From a virus (Duplodnaviria; Caudoviricetes): DNA of 64,000 nucleotides. A program made the translations under genes and the position numbers. A model generated the notes under the pieces. The model was not told where the DNA came from. It searched no databases and saw only the letters and a list, made by a program, of their open reading frames with translations. The DNA is taken from the IMG/VR virus record IMGVR_UViG_3300037501_000255; one strand, written 5' to 3'. This document shows positions 55,745-64,000 of the stretch, piece by piece. Within the stretch, counting starts at the first letter, position 1. Each line of letters starts with the position of its first letter.

Positions 55745-56356
55745 TTACACCACTCTGATGATCTTTCCCTTGGCTCGGTAAAACCCCTTGGCAACCTCAA
55801 TCTTTTCAACTACATATTGAGCCCCCGCCTCACGGAGATGTTTTGGAAAAGACACGTTCCAGCGCGGGTTTAGCCCGCCTGCGGCCCTGGCCATTAGCTT
55901 ATTGCCATCATATATGAATCTAATTAGAACATTCCTATACTTATTCCTCTTCTTAGAGCTCCCTGGGTGCTGCTTGCGCCGCTCTGCGCGACGTTTCTTT
56001 AAGGCAGTATGGGCCTTATACCTCTTCTGCCAAGCCTCTGTCGCCAGTGCATTAAACGCTTCGGCCCATGCCCCCTCCGTAAGCAATACAGTTGCCTTCG
56101 CAACGCCCTTGCCATTCTGCTTGAAGGAGATGACTTGAACATGATGTCGTCCCGACAGGACAACAACATTCAACTCGTGTAGGATTGCTATTTGCATTTT
56201 AACAATTACATCCTCAATATTCTCCTCGCCCATTCCTTTGACGCGGACAGAAAATGGTCGTGGCTTAGCTAGAAATCTGGAAATTTCCTCCCGGTTCACG
56301 CCACGGAGGGCGCGAGACATATTGGGTAAGGAAGATTTGATTATTGAAAATTGCAT
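55745..56356 (-). CDS. Hypothetical basic protein
   Basis: The C-terminal motif NPRWNVSFPKHLREAGAQYVVE...GFYRAKGKI looks like a conserved small domain, recalled from bacterial WGR-associated proteins but unverified. Confidence 0.55.
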   Translation of the reverse strand: MQFSIIKSSLPNMSRALRGVNREEISRFLAKPRPFSVRVKGMGEENIEDVIVKMQIAILHELNVVVLSGRHHVQVISFKQNGKGVAKATVLLTEGAWAEAFNALATEAWQKRYKAHTALKKRRAERRKQHPGSSKKRNKYRNVLIRFIYDGNKLMARAAGGLNPRWNVSFPKHLREAGAQYVVEKIEVAKGFYRAKGKIIRVV

Positions 56357-56364
56357 ATATCACC

Positions 56365-57522
56365 TCAGTCCTTAGCGAAAAAGTTATCAGAACTCTTCGC
56401 CTCGCGCTCTCCTTCATCCGATAGGGTAAGCGAACGACGAATGTGGTTGCTCTTGGCAGCCTTGAGCTTATTCATAAGCTCACGACATACCTCAGGATTC
56501 TCCTCCAAGAAACCGAAGAAGGCCTCCTTGCCTTTAAAGGTCTGACCCCCATATGCCCATGTGACGAGATTCGGGCGCTCAACGACTCCATAAGCTGCCG
56601 CTAGTGTGCCCAACTCCTCACCCTGCTTGACGACGCCTTTGCGGAAATCAAACCAGAATTCTGCCTGATAAAGATTCACTCCGCCGCGACACTTCTCGAC
56701 TGTGGCGATGATCTTGTGACCAATTTTACCATGCGCATCCTCAAGCTTACCATCAGATGCGTTGCTGGGGTGAAGCTTAATGGCAAAATCTATTGAGTGT
56801 CTCCATGTTTTCCCGCCCGGATAAGTAATTCCCTGTGCGCCATAACCCATGGCCTCGCGAGCCTGATTGATGGCAATAAAGGCACAATTTGCACGCTTGA
56901 GCATTGGACGTACTCTGGTAAATGCTCGTTTTAGGAACTTTGGAAGCGCGCCCATCTCCATCTCATTGAAGTTTCGACCCTCTTCAGCTGGTGCTATGAG
57001 AGCAGCAATACTATCTAGTACCACCAACTTAATATCTATTCTGCCTTCAATGGCCATATCCAAAATACCCGGAATCTTCTTTCCAGTAGAGTTGAATTTT
57101 CCACAGAGGCGATTAAAGATCTCAGCGCCCTCATTTTCCTCGATAATCTTCACACGGGTGAGATCAATACCTAGGTTCGCGGCCCATTCACGATCGAAAG
57201 AGCTTTCCGCATCCACCCAGACCACGAAAGAGTTCGGGTACTTTTTTAGTGTTTCGCGAGCCATCAGCATTGCCATGAATGTTTTACCGGAATTCTCAAT
57301 GCCGTGAAACTGTGTTACTCTGCCAAGAGGTAGGCCCCAGTGGTGGGTGGCGTCGCCGAGAGAGACGCAGGGATAGTCGATAACCTCCCAGTCAAAGCGA
57401 TCTTCATCATCCCCATCAAAAAAGGCGTCGCCCCCATGACTTTTATTTATCTCATTCCAGATATCATCAAAGTTTGCTGATGTTGCTGGCGGTGTTTCTT
57501 GTTTTTGTTGTGCTTTTGCCAT
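56365..57522 (-). CDS. recA: RecA/UvsX-family recombinase
   Basis: GRVTQFHGIENSGKT (Walker A), WVDAE, VVLDSIAAL (Walker B), IAINQAR and YPGGKTWRH. Confidence 0.93.
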   Translation of the reverse strand: MAKAQQKQETPPATSANFDDIWNEINKSHGGDAFFDGDDEDRFDWEVIDYPCVSLGDATHHWGLPLGRVTQFHGIENSGKTFMAMLMARETLKKYPNSFVVWVDAESSFDREWAANLGIDLTRVKIIEENEGAEIFNRLCGKFNSTGKKIPGILDMAIEGRIDIKLVVLDSIAALIAPAEEGRNFNEMEMGALPKFLKRAFTRVRPMLKRANCAFIAINQAREAMGYGAQGITYPGGKTWRHSIDFAIKLHPSNASDGKLEDAHGKIGHKIIATVEKCRGGVNLYQAEFWFDFRKGVVKQGEELGTLAAAYGVVERPNLVTWAYGGQTFKGKEAFFGFLEENPEVCRELMNKLKAAKSNHIRRSLTLSDEGEREAKSSDNFFAKD

Positions 57523-57531
57523 TATATGCTC

Positions 57532-58548
57532 CTATAGGATTTTGTCTAACTGTTCTTGCTGTTCTTGCGTTAGTGATTCTGGAAATTCAATATTCATCAT
57601 CACTATATGGCTGCCTGTAGCAGATGCGCCTTTGATGCCCTTATCTTTTAGGGCGAATTTTTGACCCGGCCTTGTGCATGGCGGCACCTTCATAGTCACT
57701 TCGCCATACAATGTCTCGACATTTATATCGCAGCCGAGCAGCGCAGATTTTAAACTAATATTTGCTGTACTAAGTATATTTAGCCCCTCCTGCTGCATGG
57801 AGGGATGTTGCTCCACATGCACGGCTATGAAAAGATCTCCTGCTTTACTGCGGGCTCCTGCGCGACCACCCATTCCAGCCAAACGGAGCGTGGTGCCATT
57901 CTGAATGCCAGCAGGGATGCGGACATCGTACTTTTTGGGCACCTGCATGCGCCCCTTGCCTGCGCATTTCGCGCAGGAGGTAGAGAAGCTATGCCCCCGT
58001 CCGGCGCACTTTGTACACGTAGTATTGAATACAATATTGAGGTTGCCTCTGTTGCCGCGAGACATTACACCTGTGCCTTTGCAATCCGTGCATGTCACCT
58101 TACTCTCTGGCGTTCCACCGCTGCCCCCACAATCGCCGCACGATTCTGGGGCGAGGAACTCAACGTGCTTTACGCCACCAAGGCACGCCTCTTTGAATGG
58201 TAGGGTGATGCTAATATTGTAATTCTCAGGCCTGCCGGCACCACGGCCGAAACCAGAGAACCCCTCTTCACCAAAGATATTTCTAAAGATATCGCTATTG
58301 AAAAGATCATTGATGAAGGACGGGCCTGCCTCGCCAGATTGCGCCTGTGGCGCCTGCATATCTGGATTGGTAATGGCTTGATAGGCGGCAGAGATAGTTT
58401 TAAACTTTTCTTCTGCTTCTTGGTTTCCGGAATTTCTGTCGGGGTGATGCTGGAATGCCAGCGCTCGATACGCTTTCTTCACCTCCTCCTCTGAGGCCCC
58501 CGGTTGAAGACCAAGTGCTGAATAGGCTTCTTGTAGGTTCATTTCCAC
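57532..58548 (-). CDS. dnaJ: DnaJ chaperone (type I)
   Basis: J-domain with HPD, G/F-rich linker, four CxxCxGxG repeats and a C-terminal substrate-binding domain. Confidence 0.95.
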   Translation of the reverse strand: MEMNLQEAYSALGLQPGASEEEVKKAYRALAFQHHPDRNSGNQEAEEKFKTISAAYQAITNPDMQAPQAQSGEAGPSFINDLFNSDIFRNIFGEEGFSGFGRGAGRPENYNISITLPFKEACLGGVKHVEFLAPESCGDCGGSGGTPESKVTCTDCKGTGVMSRGNRGNLNIVFNTTCTKCAGRGHSFSTSCAKCAGKGRMQVPKKYDVRIPAGIQNGTTLRLAGMGGRAGARSKAGDLFIAVHVEQHPSMQQEGLNILSTANISLKSALLGCDINVETLYGEVTMKVPPCTRPGQKFALKDKGIKGASATGSHIVMMNIEFPESLTQEQQEQLDKIL

Positions 58549-59074
58549 TCACCAAACTATATGCTAATGCTACTGCGATTGCATCTGTCTGATCATTATT
58601 CTTCTCAAACGTATATCCGTGAAGAGAGAATAGATCTACTATGAAATCATATGTCAACTTCTTGCTGTCCGACCCGTCACCTCGACGCCCGCGCTTCTTC
58701 TTGGATGGCAGAAGATTGATTCCCGCTCGCCCCCCCAGTATCTTGCGGACCTCCGAGGGCATTATGATAAATGGATCTTTGCGCGTAGTCTCGTAACATA
58801 TTTTGTATGCCACACCATGATACAGGGCTAATACTTTGAAAGTTTTCCTATTTGAACCTTGCCAGCAATCCTCTATCGCTATGATGTCCGGACGATACTT
58901 AGCTATAATTGCTTTGACAGCCACCTCAAAAACGAGCAGCCGTTCGGCGTGAGATTTTTGCTTCAAGCGCAGAGCTTCATTATAGGCAATCTTCCCATCA
59001 CTGTAAACGCACACCCCGGTCGAGGCAGATGATATATCTAATGCTAAGACTGTAGTCATAGCAGATATATACAT
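58400..59074 (-). CDS. ruvC: RuvC-like Holliday junction resolvase
   Basis: [17 protein letters not shown] and DQTDAIAVA give the acidic tetrad. The likely start is MTTVL at 59059; the 3' end overlaps dnaJ by 149 nt. Confidence 0.82.
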   Translation of the reverse strand: MYISAMTTVLALDISSASTGVCVYSDGKIAYNEALRLKQKSHAERLLVFEVAVKAIIAKYRPDIIAIEDCWQGSNRKTFKVLALYHGVAYKICYETTRKDPFIIMPSEVRKILGGRAGINLLPSKKKRGRRGDGSDSKKLTYDFIVDLFSLHGYTFEKNNDQTDAIAVALAYSLVSGNEPTRSLFSTWSSTGGLRGGGEESVSSAGIPASPRQKFRKPRSRRKV

Positions 59075-59084
59075 CCGCTCGTCG

Positions 59085-59876
59085 TCAATTTACCCCATAT
59101 GCAGTTTTTGATACTTCACTAAGCTGCCTATTGAGGATGATATCATCCAACAATATTGGGCCCAATTCAGATACGGGAATTTGATTTTTATCCTCAAATG
59201 CACGACATGCTTCAATTTTAGCTAGAAGGTCTATGGCGTGCGGATGATTTGGGAATCCCTCATATTCTTTTTTTACGGCCCCCGCGTAAGCATCCCAGGA
59301 ACCAAAAATAAATTCTTTACGCTCACCCATATCCTGAGGATTAAAGCCTGTCAGATTTACATCTTCAAACATAGACAGGTCATACATGTCCTTATCAGCC
59401 CTTCGAATACGCTCTGTCAAATATAATTCTAGAGTGGCAAGACATTTAATTAGATATGTCATACCAAGAGTAATTCCTCGAATACTGAGGTTGTCGCCAA
59501 TATAATACGATATATTGAGGCGCACGCGCCCTTCGCTTGCTGGCCTAACACCCGAGCCGGAGCAGCGATACATGAATATCAAATTATCCATGTCAGATAA
59601 GGTTTTTAAACTAAGGATGTCGGCGGAGAACACTACGGTAGCTTCTATACTGTACCCCAACATATGGTGATCCATATTTAGAATTGCCACACGATCTTTG
59701 TCAAACGAGAAGATAATGCTCTTGTCTGCCACATCTGCCGAAATATTTGAATAGCCAAGTGCCTTAAGAAATTTCGTAGCTAGTAGAAATTCCCATTTAG
59801 TTATTAACTTAGAAAATGTGTCGCGTAAAAAGGATAACAATTGACCTCCCAAAAAATAAAGGTACAGGGGGAACAT
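59085..59876 (-). CDS. Hypothetical protein
   Basis: Co-oriented ORF. The likely start is TTG at 59840 after GGGAGG, because the annotated start falls inside a terminator. Confidence 0.6.
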   Translation of the reverse strand: MFPLYLYFLGGQLLSFLRDTFSKLITKWEFLLATKFLKALGYSNISADVADKSIIFSFDKDRVAILNMDHHMLGYSIEATVVFSADILSLKTLSDMDNLIFMYRCSGSGVRPASEGRVRLNISYYIGDNLSIRGITLGMTYLIKCLATLELYLTERIRRADKDMYDLSMFEDVNLTGFNPQDMGERKEFIFGSWDAYAGAVKKEYEGFPNHPHAIDLLAKIEACRAFEDKNQIPVSELGPILLDDIILNRQLSEVSKTAYGVN

Positions 59877-59892
59877 TTGGCCCCCTGTACCT
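59860..59892 (-). terminator. Rho-independent terminator after the SSB gene
   Basis: 12-bp stem AGGTACAGGGGG/CCCCCTGTACCT, followed by TTATTTTTT on the minus strand. Confidence 0.85.
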
Positions 59893-59906
59893 CGGGTATT
59901 AGCTAA

Positions 59907-60581
59907 TCATTGGAAGTCAAAGTCATCATCCTCCGCTATGTTAGCAGCAGCCTTCGAAGCATTCGAATTGCCAGAGCTTTTGAATGTAGCAGAAGAATCT
60001 ACTGCATTTCCTCCGGCTAGACCCAACTTACGCAGAATTTCCTCTACTTTTGAGGGCTGAGCAAATTTCTCTGCACTGACACGCGCGAGGAAATCCTTCA
60101 CCATAAGGCTTTCTTCTTGATTGATTGGGCCCATATTTCTTGGCACAGCAGTTACAATGTAGGTGTTGGAAATGCCGCGACCGCGGTCCTTATCAATCTT
60201 AACATCATACTGGCGTGGGTCACCCCAGTCCTTGTCCTTGCGCAGATTGACAATCTGATTGTAAACCTGCTTGCCGAACTCTACCAACTGAACGCGACCA
60301 CGTTCGCGGTTGATCGCAGCGATGAGGTACTTGGGCTGAGCTTTGTTGCCTTCGGCGCAAAGCGGGCAGTCATTCAGAGAGCAGTTTACCCTGCGTGTGC
60401 GACCTTGCACATCTGTTGCCCAGTGTATTGCGAAGATACAGGGGCCATCCTGCACAATGCGCAAGAGATACTTCCCGTCATCCTTCATATTAAGGAAGTC
60501 ATCCTTATCGAAGGCCGCTCCAGATGAGTCACCGCTCTCTGGAAGCCAAGAGTCTAATTTACCGAATGTTGGTTGTGCCAT
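59907..60581 (-). CDS. gp32-type single-stranded DNA-binding protein
   Basis: F..MKDDGKYLLRI...HW...VNC....CPLCAEG...KYLI...VQLVEFGKQVY..I...DWGDP..YDVKI, with a Zn site and the acidic tail EDDDFDFQ. Confidence 0.8.
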   Translation of the reverse strand: MAQPTFGKLDSWLPESGDSSGAAFDKDDFLNMKDDGKYLLRIVQDGPCIFAIHWATDVQGRTRRVNCSLNDCPLCAEGNKAQPKYLIAAINRERGRVQLVEFGKQVYNQIVNLRKDKDWGDPRQYDVKIDKDRGRGISNTYIVTAVPRNMGPINQEESLMVKDFLARVSAEKFAQPSKVEEILRKLGLAGGNAVDSSATFKSSGNSNASKAAANIAEDDDFDFQ

Positions 60582-60615
60582 GTTGTTTTCTCCTATTACA
60601 ATTTTGCTTAATTGC

Positions 60616-60701
60616 GTTATTGTGTTATTGTGTTATTGTGTTATTGTGTTATTGTGTTATTGTGTTATTGTGTTATTGTGTTATTGTGTTATTGTGTTAT
60701 T
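60616..60701. repeat. 8-bp tandem repeat (GTTATTGT)x10.75, ACAATAAC on the coding strand
   Basis: Ten perfect units plus GTTATT between the UvsY-like gene end and the SSB start, with a degenerate TTAATTGC flank. Confidence 0.95.
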
Positions 60702-61291
60702 TTCTTTCCCCACTCGTCTCTACGGACGGGTAGGACTTTTTCTGGCAAGTCGGTATCTTTCGATACGACATCTTTCATAAGATGATGAGCTTTGAGGAAT
60801 AATTGCTTCTTTTCCTCAATCATCGTCTTAAACATTTTGGCCTCAATACACTTGCCTTGAGCTTCCAAAAAGTCCGAATCTGAGAAGGCGTACTGCTCGC
60901 GATCTTTGGCAGACTTAAACCCGGCCTCAGCGGCGCGAACCATCATAGCCCGGCTAAAAGCCGCCTTCTTGGCAGCCTCGCATCTCAACTCGTAGCTTAC
61001 TGCTAGCGAATATAATTCGCCACACATGGCCATCCCTTTAAGCATCGCTCCTGCCAAATATTCGGCATAAGATGGATCCAAGTCGTGTATATTTTTAGGG
61101 ACTTCCCTGGAGATAGCAAATATGCTGGATATGAGCATATCTCCGCCATCCGGAAGAGTGTGCTCACGCCTAATCGCCATCTCAATTATTTCAGCTCTAG
61201 AATTGAGCCCTGAAACCTCAGTATTGTCGCTATCTGCCATGCCTTCTCCGTTACTGTGCATATGCTGCAAACGTCGTAGGTAGACGCTCAA
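60689..61291 (-). CDS. UvsY-like recombination mediator / coiled-coil protein
   Basis: Helical protein with SAKDREQYAFSDSDFLEAQ...KKQLFLKAHH, located next to SSB and recA. The likely start is ATG at 61240 after GGAGA. Confidence 0.45.
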   Translation of the reverse strand: MSVYLRRLQHMHSNGEGMADSDNTEVSGLNSRAEIIEMAIRREHTLPDGGDMLISSIFAISREVPKNIHDLDPSYAEYLAGAMLKGMAMCGELYSLAVSYELRCEAAKKAAFSRAMMVRAAEAGFKSAKDREQYAFSDSDFLEAQGKCIEAKMFKTMIEEKKQLFLKAHHLMKDVVSKDTDLPEKVLPVRRDEWGKKITQ

Positions 61292-61294
61292 ATA

Positions 61295-61918
61295 TTAACC
61301 GTCAGATCTCCTAAATCTATTGAGATTTGGGCTATCTTTGAGCGCCGCTAACTTTGCCATTCTCTGTGCCGTTAGCGGGTCCGACGCTCCCCCGTCAAGG
61401 TCTACCAGCGAGGTGGGGTCAGGCGGCATTAAACCGGCCATGGCTGCGGCGAACTCCGAAGTCCCGGCGCCGGCCCCCTTGGCGGTCTTAGCGACCGTCA
61501 TATCGCCTTTGGAGAGGCCGAACTCGCGCTCGGCCTCCGCTCGGAGGGCGAAGATCTCTTGGCGTCGCTCCTCTTCTGGCAAGCTCTTAAGGTGAGGGTA
61601 CTCCTCCAACAGCTCGCGCTCAATCTCTTCATCCTGCATTTGGGATCGAGTTTTTGGTTTTACCCTGGCTGATGGCTGAATGGAGGATGCTAACCCCTGC
61701 CCTCTCGGTACAAGGTCATATTTGCCGGCGATTAGAGCAGCTACTTTAACGAGCGTAGCTTCATCAACATCTGCATCCGCCAGCTTTTCCTTGATTGAAG
61801 TAAATTCGGCATTAATTGCTGCGGACATGATCGTCTTGCCGCATGCAGGGCATGAGTTGTCCTGAAGTGCCTTGGTAAAGGACGGCGGTATCGGGGTTTG
61901 ACAGTTATTGCATTTCAT
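61295..61918 (-). CDS. Zn-ribbon protein
   Basis: MKCNNC...CPACG at the N-terminus. Confidence 0.6.
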   Translation of the reverse strand: MKCNNCQTPIPPSFTKALQDNSCPACGKTIMSAAINAEFTSIKEKLADADVDEATLVKVAALIAGKYDLVPRGQGLASSIQPSARVKPKTRSQMQDEEIERELLEEYPHLKSLPEEERRQEIFALRAEAEREFGLSKGDMTVAKTAKGAGAGTSEFAAAMAGLMPPDPTSLVDLDGGASDPLTAQRMAKLAALKDSPNLNRFRRSDG

Positions 61919-64000
61919 TGTTCACCTGATTTTTATAGTAGGCTTCTAAGTTGATTAACACCAGAGTTTTATTGCCAGCATATTCATTGACTTTAAACAT
62001 GCCACGTATAGGCAGGCCCACGCGGAGTATTTTCTTCATTTTCTCATACTGGTCGGCCCATATTGTAACTTCTACACTTTCGCCGCGCAGATTTTCTATG
62101 GTTAATTTACCCATAGTTTTACCCTTATTCTTACCATCTTTTTTGATAAGAATCTCTTTAATAGATGTTACTATTCCTTCAGTTGGAAAGTTTATATTAT
62201 CTACCATAGCCTGCAGCTGAGCGTATGTCTGACCATATCTGCCCTCAATAAAGAATCCGGGATAGAGAGCCTTGATATCTCCAGAAACATATTCTCCCAG
62301 AGTATTCTTTTCTCCCTCCAGCTTTTCGCGCATAGTGAATTCAACGTGAGCTAATTCATGGCTATTTGGTACAAATGCGCTTAGCTGCTCGGGCGTGAGC
62401 TGATATGATTTCTTAATCTTCTTCTCTACCACAACTCTGGTGCGACTCGATTTACCCTCCAGATCTCCGCTATAATCATCAGATAGCTCCTCATTCTGGA
62501 AATCGCCATCATCAGCGATATCCACCTCAACCTCTTCCTCAACCTCTACGACAATCTCTTCTCCGTGCTTTTTAGCATACGCCTGCAGTTCTTTACGAAT
62601 ATCAAGGAAGTTGTCATGGATATATTTCCTTGACAATCCAAGGCTGTCGAATGCTCCAGCTAGGGCAAGGGCTACGATGACCGACTTGTTTACGACATTT
62701 CCTGGTGTACGATGTAGGAAGTCCTGAAATGAAGCATACGGCTGTCCGGCAATAATTGCCTTGAGCGCCCTCTCGCCCACGCCTTTTATCGCACCAAGGC
62801 CGGTAACAATTGTGCCCTTATCCTTCATAGAATAATATTCTTTGGATAAGTTAATGTCACATGACTGTATATTAATCTTAAATAGCTTGGCATCTTTTTT
62901 GAGAGCGTCGATAATCTCGCTGCGCTCACGCTTATTGCCCCTAGTTTGCGTATTTAGATTTGCGCATATAAATGGGCCAGGAGCATGCGCTTTGTAATAC
63001 GCCGTCTGATAGGAGATCATGCTATACATAATTGCGTGGCTAAGATTGAATCCATATCCGGCGAACGGCAGGACGACCTTATTCCATATTTCCTGAGCCT
63101 CGTCCTTTGATAGTTCAGAGAACGCCATGGAGTCTATTATGAATTTCTTCTCCAGTTCCGCAGCAAGATGAGCTCCTTTCTCCTTGAGCTTAGTAAGCTT
63201 ACGCAGACCGTCTGCTTCGGATAGATCCCATCCGGCTACCAACTGTGCAAGCTTGAGAAGATCCTCTTCATAAACCGGAATGCCGTGAGTGTGCTTAAAT
63301 ACCGGTTCCAAACATGGGTGGATATACTTTACTGGACTGCGTCCAAACCTACGATTTATGAATTCAATTCTATCTTGCTTACGGACAGATGGTCGTCCGA
63401 GAGCGCTGATGGCGGCAATGTCCTCAACTGACTTCGGCAGCATAGCCTTGCAGAGCGGCGTCATACTGCCATTTAACTGAAACATCCCGGTAGTATGCCC
63501 CAGATGCATTAGCTTGTAGGCCTTTGCATCGCCATCCTGCAAACTTTCAGGCTCTGGTAGGGTCATGCCGATTGACTTTGCTAGAGATATAGTCTCATCA
63601 ATAACATCCAGGGTATCTAACCCAAGAAAGTCCATCTTGACCAGACCAATCTCCTCGCACTGATCTTTATCATACTGAACAGAGATGGTTCCATCGCTAT
63701 CTCTGCGCAGCGGAGCGCACTCAGGCAGCGGCGTATCGGAAATCACTATGCCGGCAGCATGGGTAGCGAACCCGCGCGGAACGCCGATTAACTCATTAGC
63801 GTACTCTAGTATAACCGGGTACTCCTGCACGAACTTGCGTAACTTCTCCGATGCCTCCATAGCCTTAGCCATAGTGTCGATTTTAATTCGCTTGTCGCCC
63901 TCCATTATTAGGTCTGGAATACTGGCTGTAACGTCGTTTGCAATTTTGAAGGCAGTACTCTTATCTCCTCCAATAACCAATGACCGAGCCACGTCCTTGA
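61905..64000 (-). CDS. dnaE: DNA polymerase III alpha subunit, partial (5' part beyond the window edge)
   Basis: The frame is open to the edge (KDVARSL). Motifs: HAAGIVIS, GLVKMDFLGLDTL, GMFQL, ALGRP, THGIPVYEE, GYGFNLSHA..YS.ISYQTAYYKAH, HhH GLGAIKGVG and a C-terminal OB fold. Confidence 0.95.
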   Translation of the reverse strand, partial: KDVARSLVIGGDKSTAFKIANDVTASIPDLIMEGDKRIKIDTMAKAMEASEKLRKFVQEYPVILEYANELIGVPRGFATHAAGIVISDTPLPECAPLRRDSDGTISVQYDKDQCEEIGLVKMDFLGLDTLDVIDETISLAKSIGMTLPEPESLQDGDAKAYKLMHLGHTTGMFQLNGSMTPLCKAMLPKSVEDIAAISALGRPSVRKQDRIEFINRRFGRSPVKYIHPCLEPVFKHTHGIPVYEEDLLKLAQLVAGWDLSEADGLRKLTKLKEKGAHLAAELEKKFIIDSMAFSELSKDEAQEIWNKVVLPFAGYGFNLSHAIMYSMISYQTAYYKAHAPGPFICANLNTQTRGNKRERSEIIDALKKDAKLFKINIQSCDINLSKEYYSMKDKGTIVTGLGAIKGVGERALKAIIAGQPYASFQDFLHRTPGNVVNKSVIVALALAGAFDSLGLSRKYIHDNFLDIRKELQAYAKKHGEEIVVEVEEEVEVDIADDGDFQNEELSDDYSGDLEGKSSRTRVVVEKKIKKSYQLTPEQLSAFVPNSHELAHVEFTMREKLEGEKNTLGEYVSGDIKALYPGFFIEGRYGQTYAQLQAMVDNINFPTEGIVTSIKEILIKKDGKNKGKTMGKLTIENLRGESVEVTIWADQYEKMKKILRVGLPIRGMFKVNEYAGNKTLVLINLEAYYKNQVNNEMQ

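Noticed and set aside
60524-60780. ORFs with LLCYCVIV repeats, and a possible CRISPR array
   Set aside because: These are translations of the 8-bp tandem repeat. There are no spacers and no cas genes.
1-64000. Plus-strand ORFs in the track (e.g. 26840..27592, 28156..28647, 34817..35389, 49670..50062)
   Set aside because: All lie antisense to long, motif-bearing minus-strand genes, have shadow composition (Ser-rich) and show no recognisable domains.
1-64000. Stop-codon reassignment (TAG readthrough), prompted by the in-frame TAG near 53330
   Set aside because: The standard code already gives dense, tightly coupled genes, several of which end in TAG at sensible C-termini. The one internal TAG lies in a gene that also has three frameshifts.
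1-64000. tRNA, rRNA or tmRNA genes
   Set aside because: The intergenic gaps are short and I found no cloverleaf or T-loop signature. A tRNAscan-SE/ARAGORN run would confirm this.
56365-64000. Additional inteins in RecA or DnaE
   Set aside because: Conserved motifs are contiguous with normal spacing and there are no C...HN boundaries in the visible portions. The DnaE 5' part is outside the window.

Overview
This 64 kb window is a segment of a large tailed dsDNA phage (jumbo-type Caudoviricetes). Every supportable gene lies on the minus strand. In transcription order (right to left) the modules are: (1) replication/recombination: edge-truncated dnaE, a Zn-ribbon protein, a UvsY-like protein, a gp32-type SSB preceded by an (ACAATAAC)x10 array, a RuvC-like resolvase, dnaJ, recA, a primase lacking its Zn-binding domain, a sigma-70 region-4 protein and a decayed GIY-YIG gene; (2) head morphogenesis: a possible small terminase, a class II nucleotidyltransferase, an intein-containing large terminase, portal, a topoisomerase IB-M23 peptidase fusion, a 1612-aa coiled-coil protein with HExxH, a 1285-aa prohead protease-scaffold fusion, a tandem family of probable internal head proteins, decoration proteins, and a 340-aa major capsid protein gene split into three exons by two group I introns, each with a LAGLIDADG endonuclease; (3) two free-standing endonuclease-like genes and a modular array of fiber-like virion proteins, plus a patatin and an HNH protein. 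The most novel signals are: a recurrent K-x-A motif and a ~25-aa LxxxAxxLDxxGxxxxAxxxD helical motif shared by many unrelated head-region proteins, together suggesting a cargo-targeting and maturation code; the Topo IB-M23 fusion; about 20 DGY tripeptides concentrated in fiber/decoration proteins; a nucleotidyltransferase with a rewritten base-selection motif; and the 8-nt repeat array in the SSB leader. All assignments come from reading motifs by eye; no database searches were run. No tRNA, rRNA or CRISPR array was seen.
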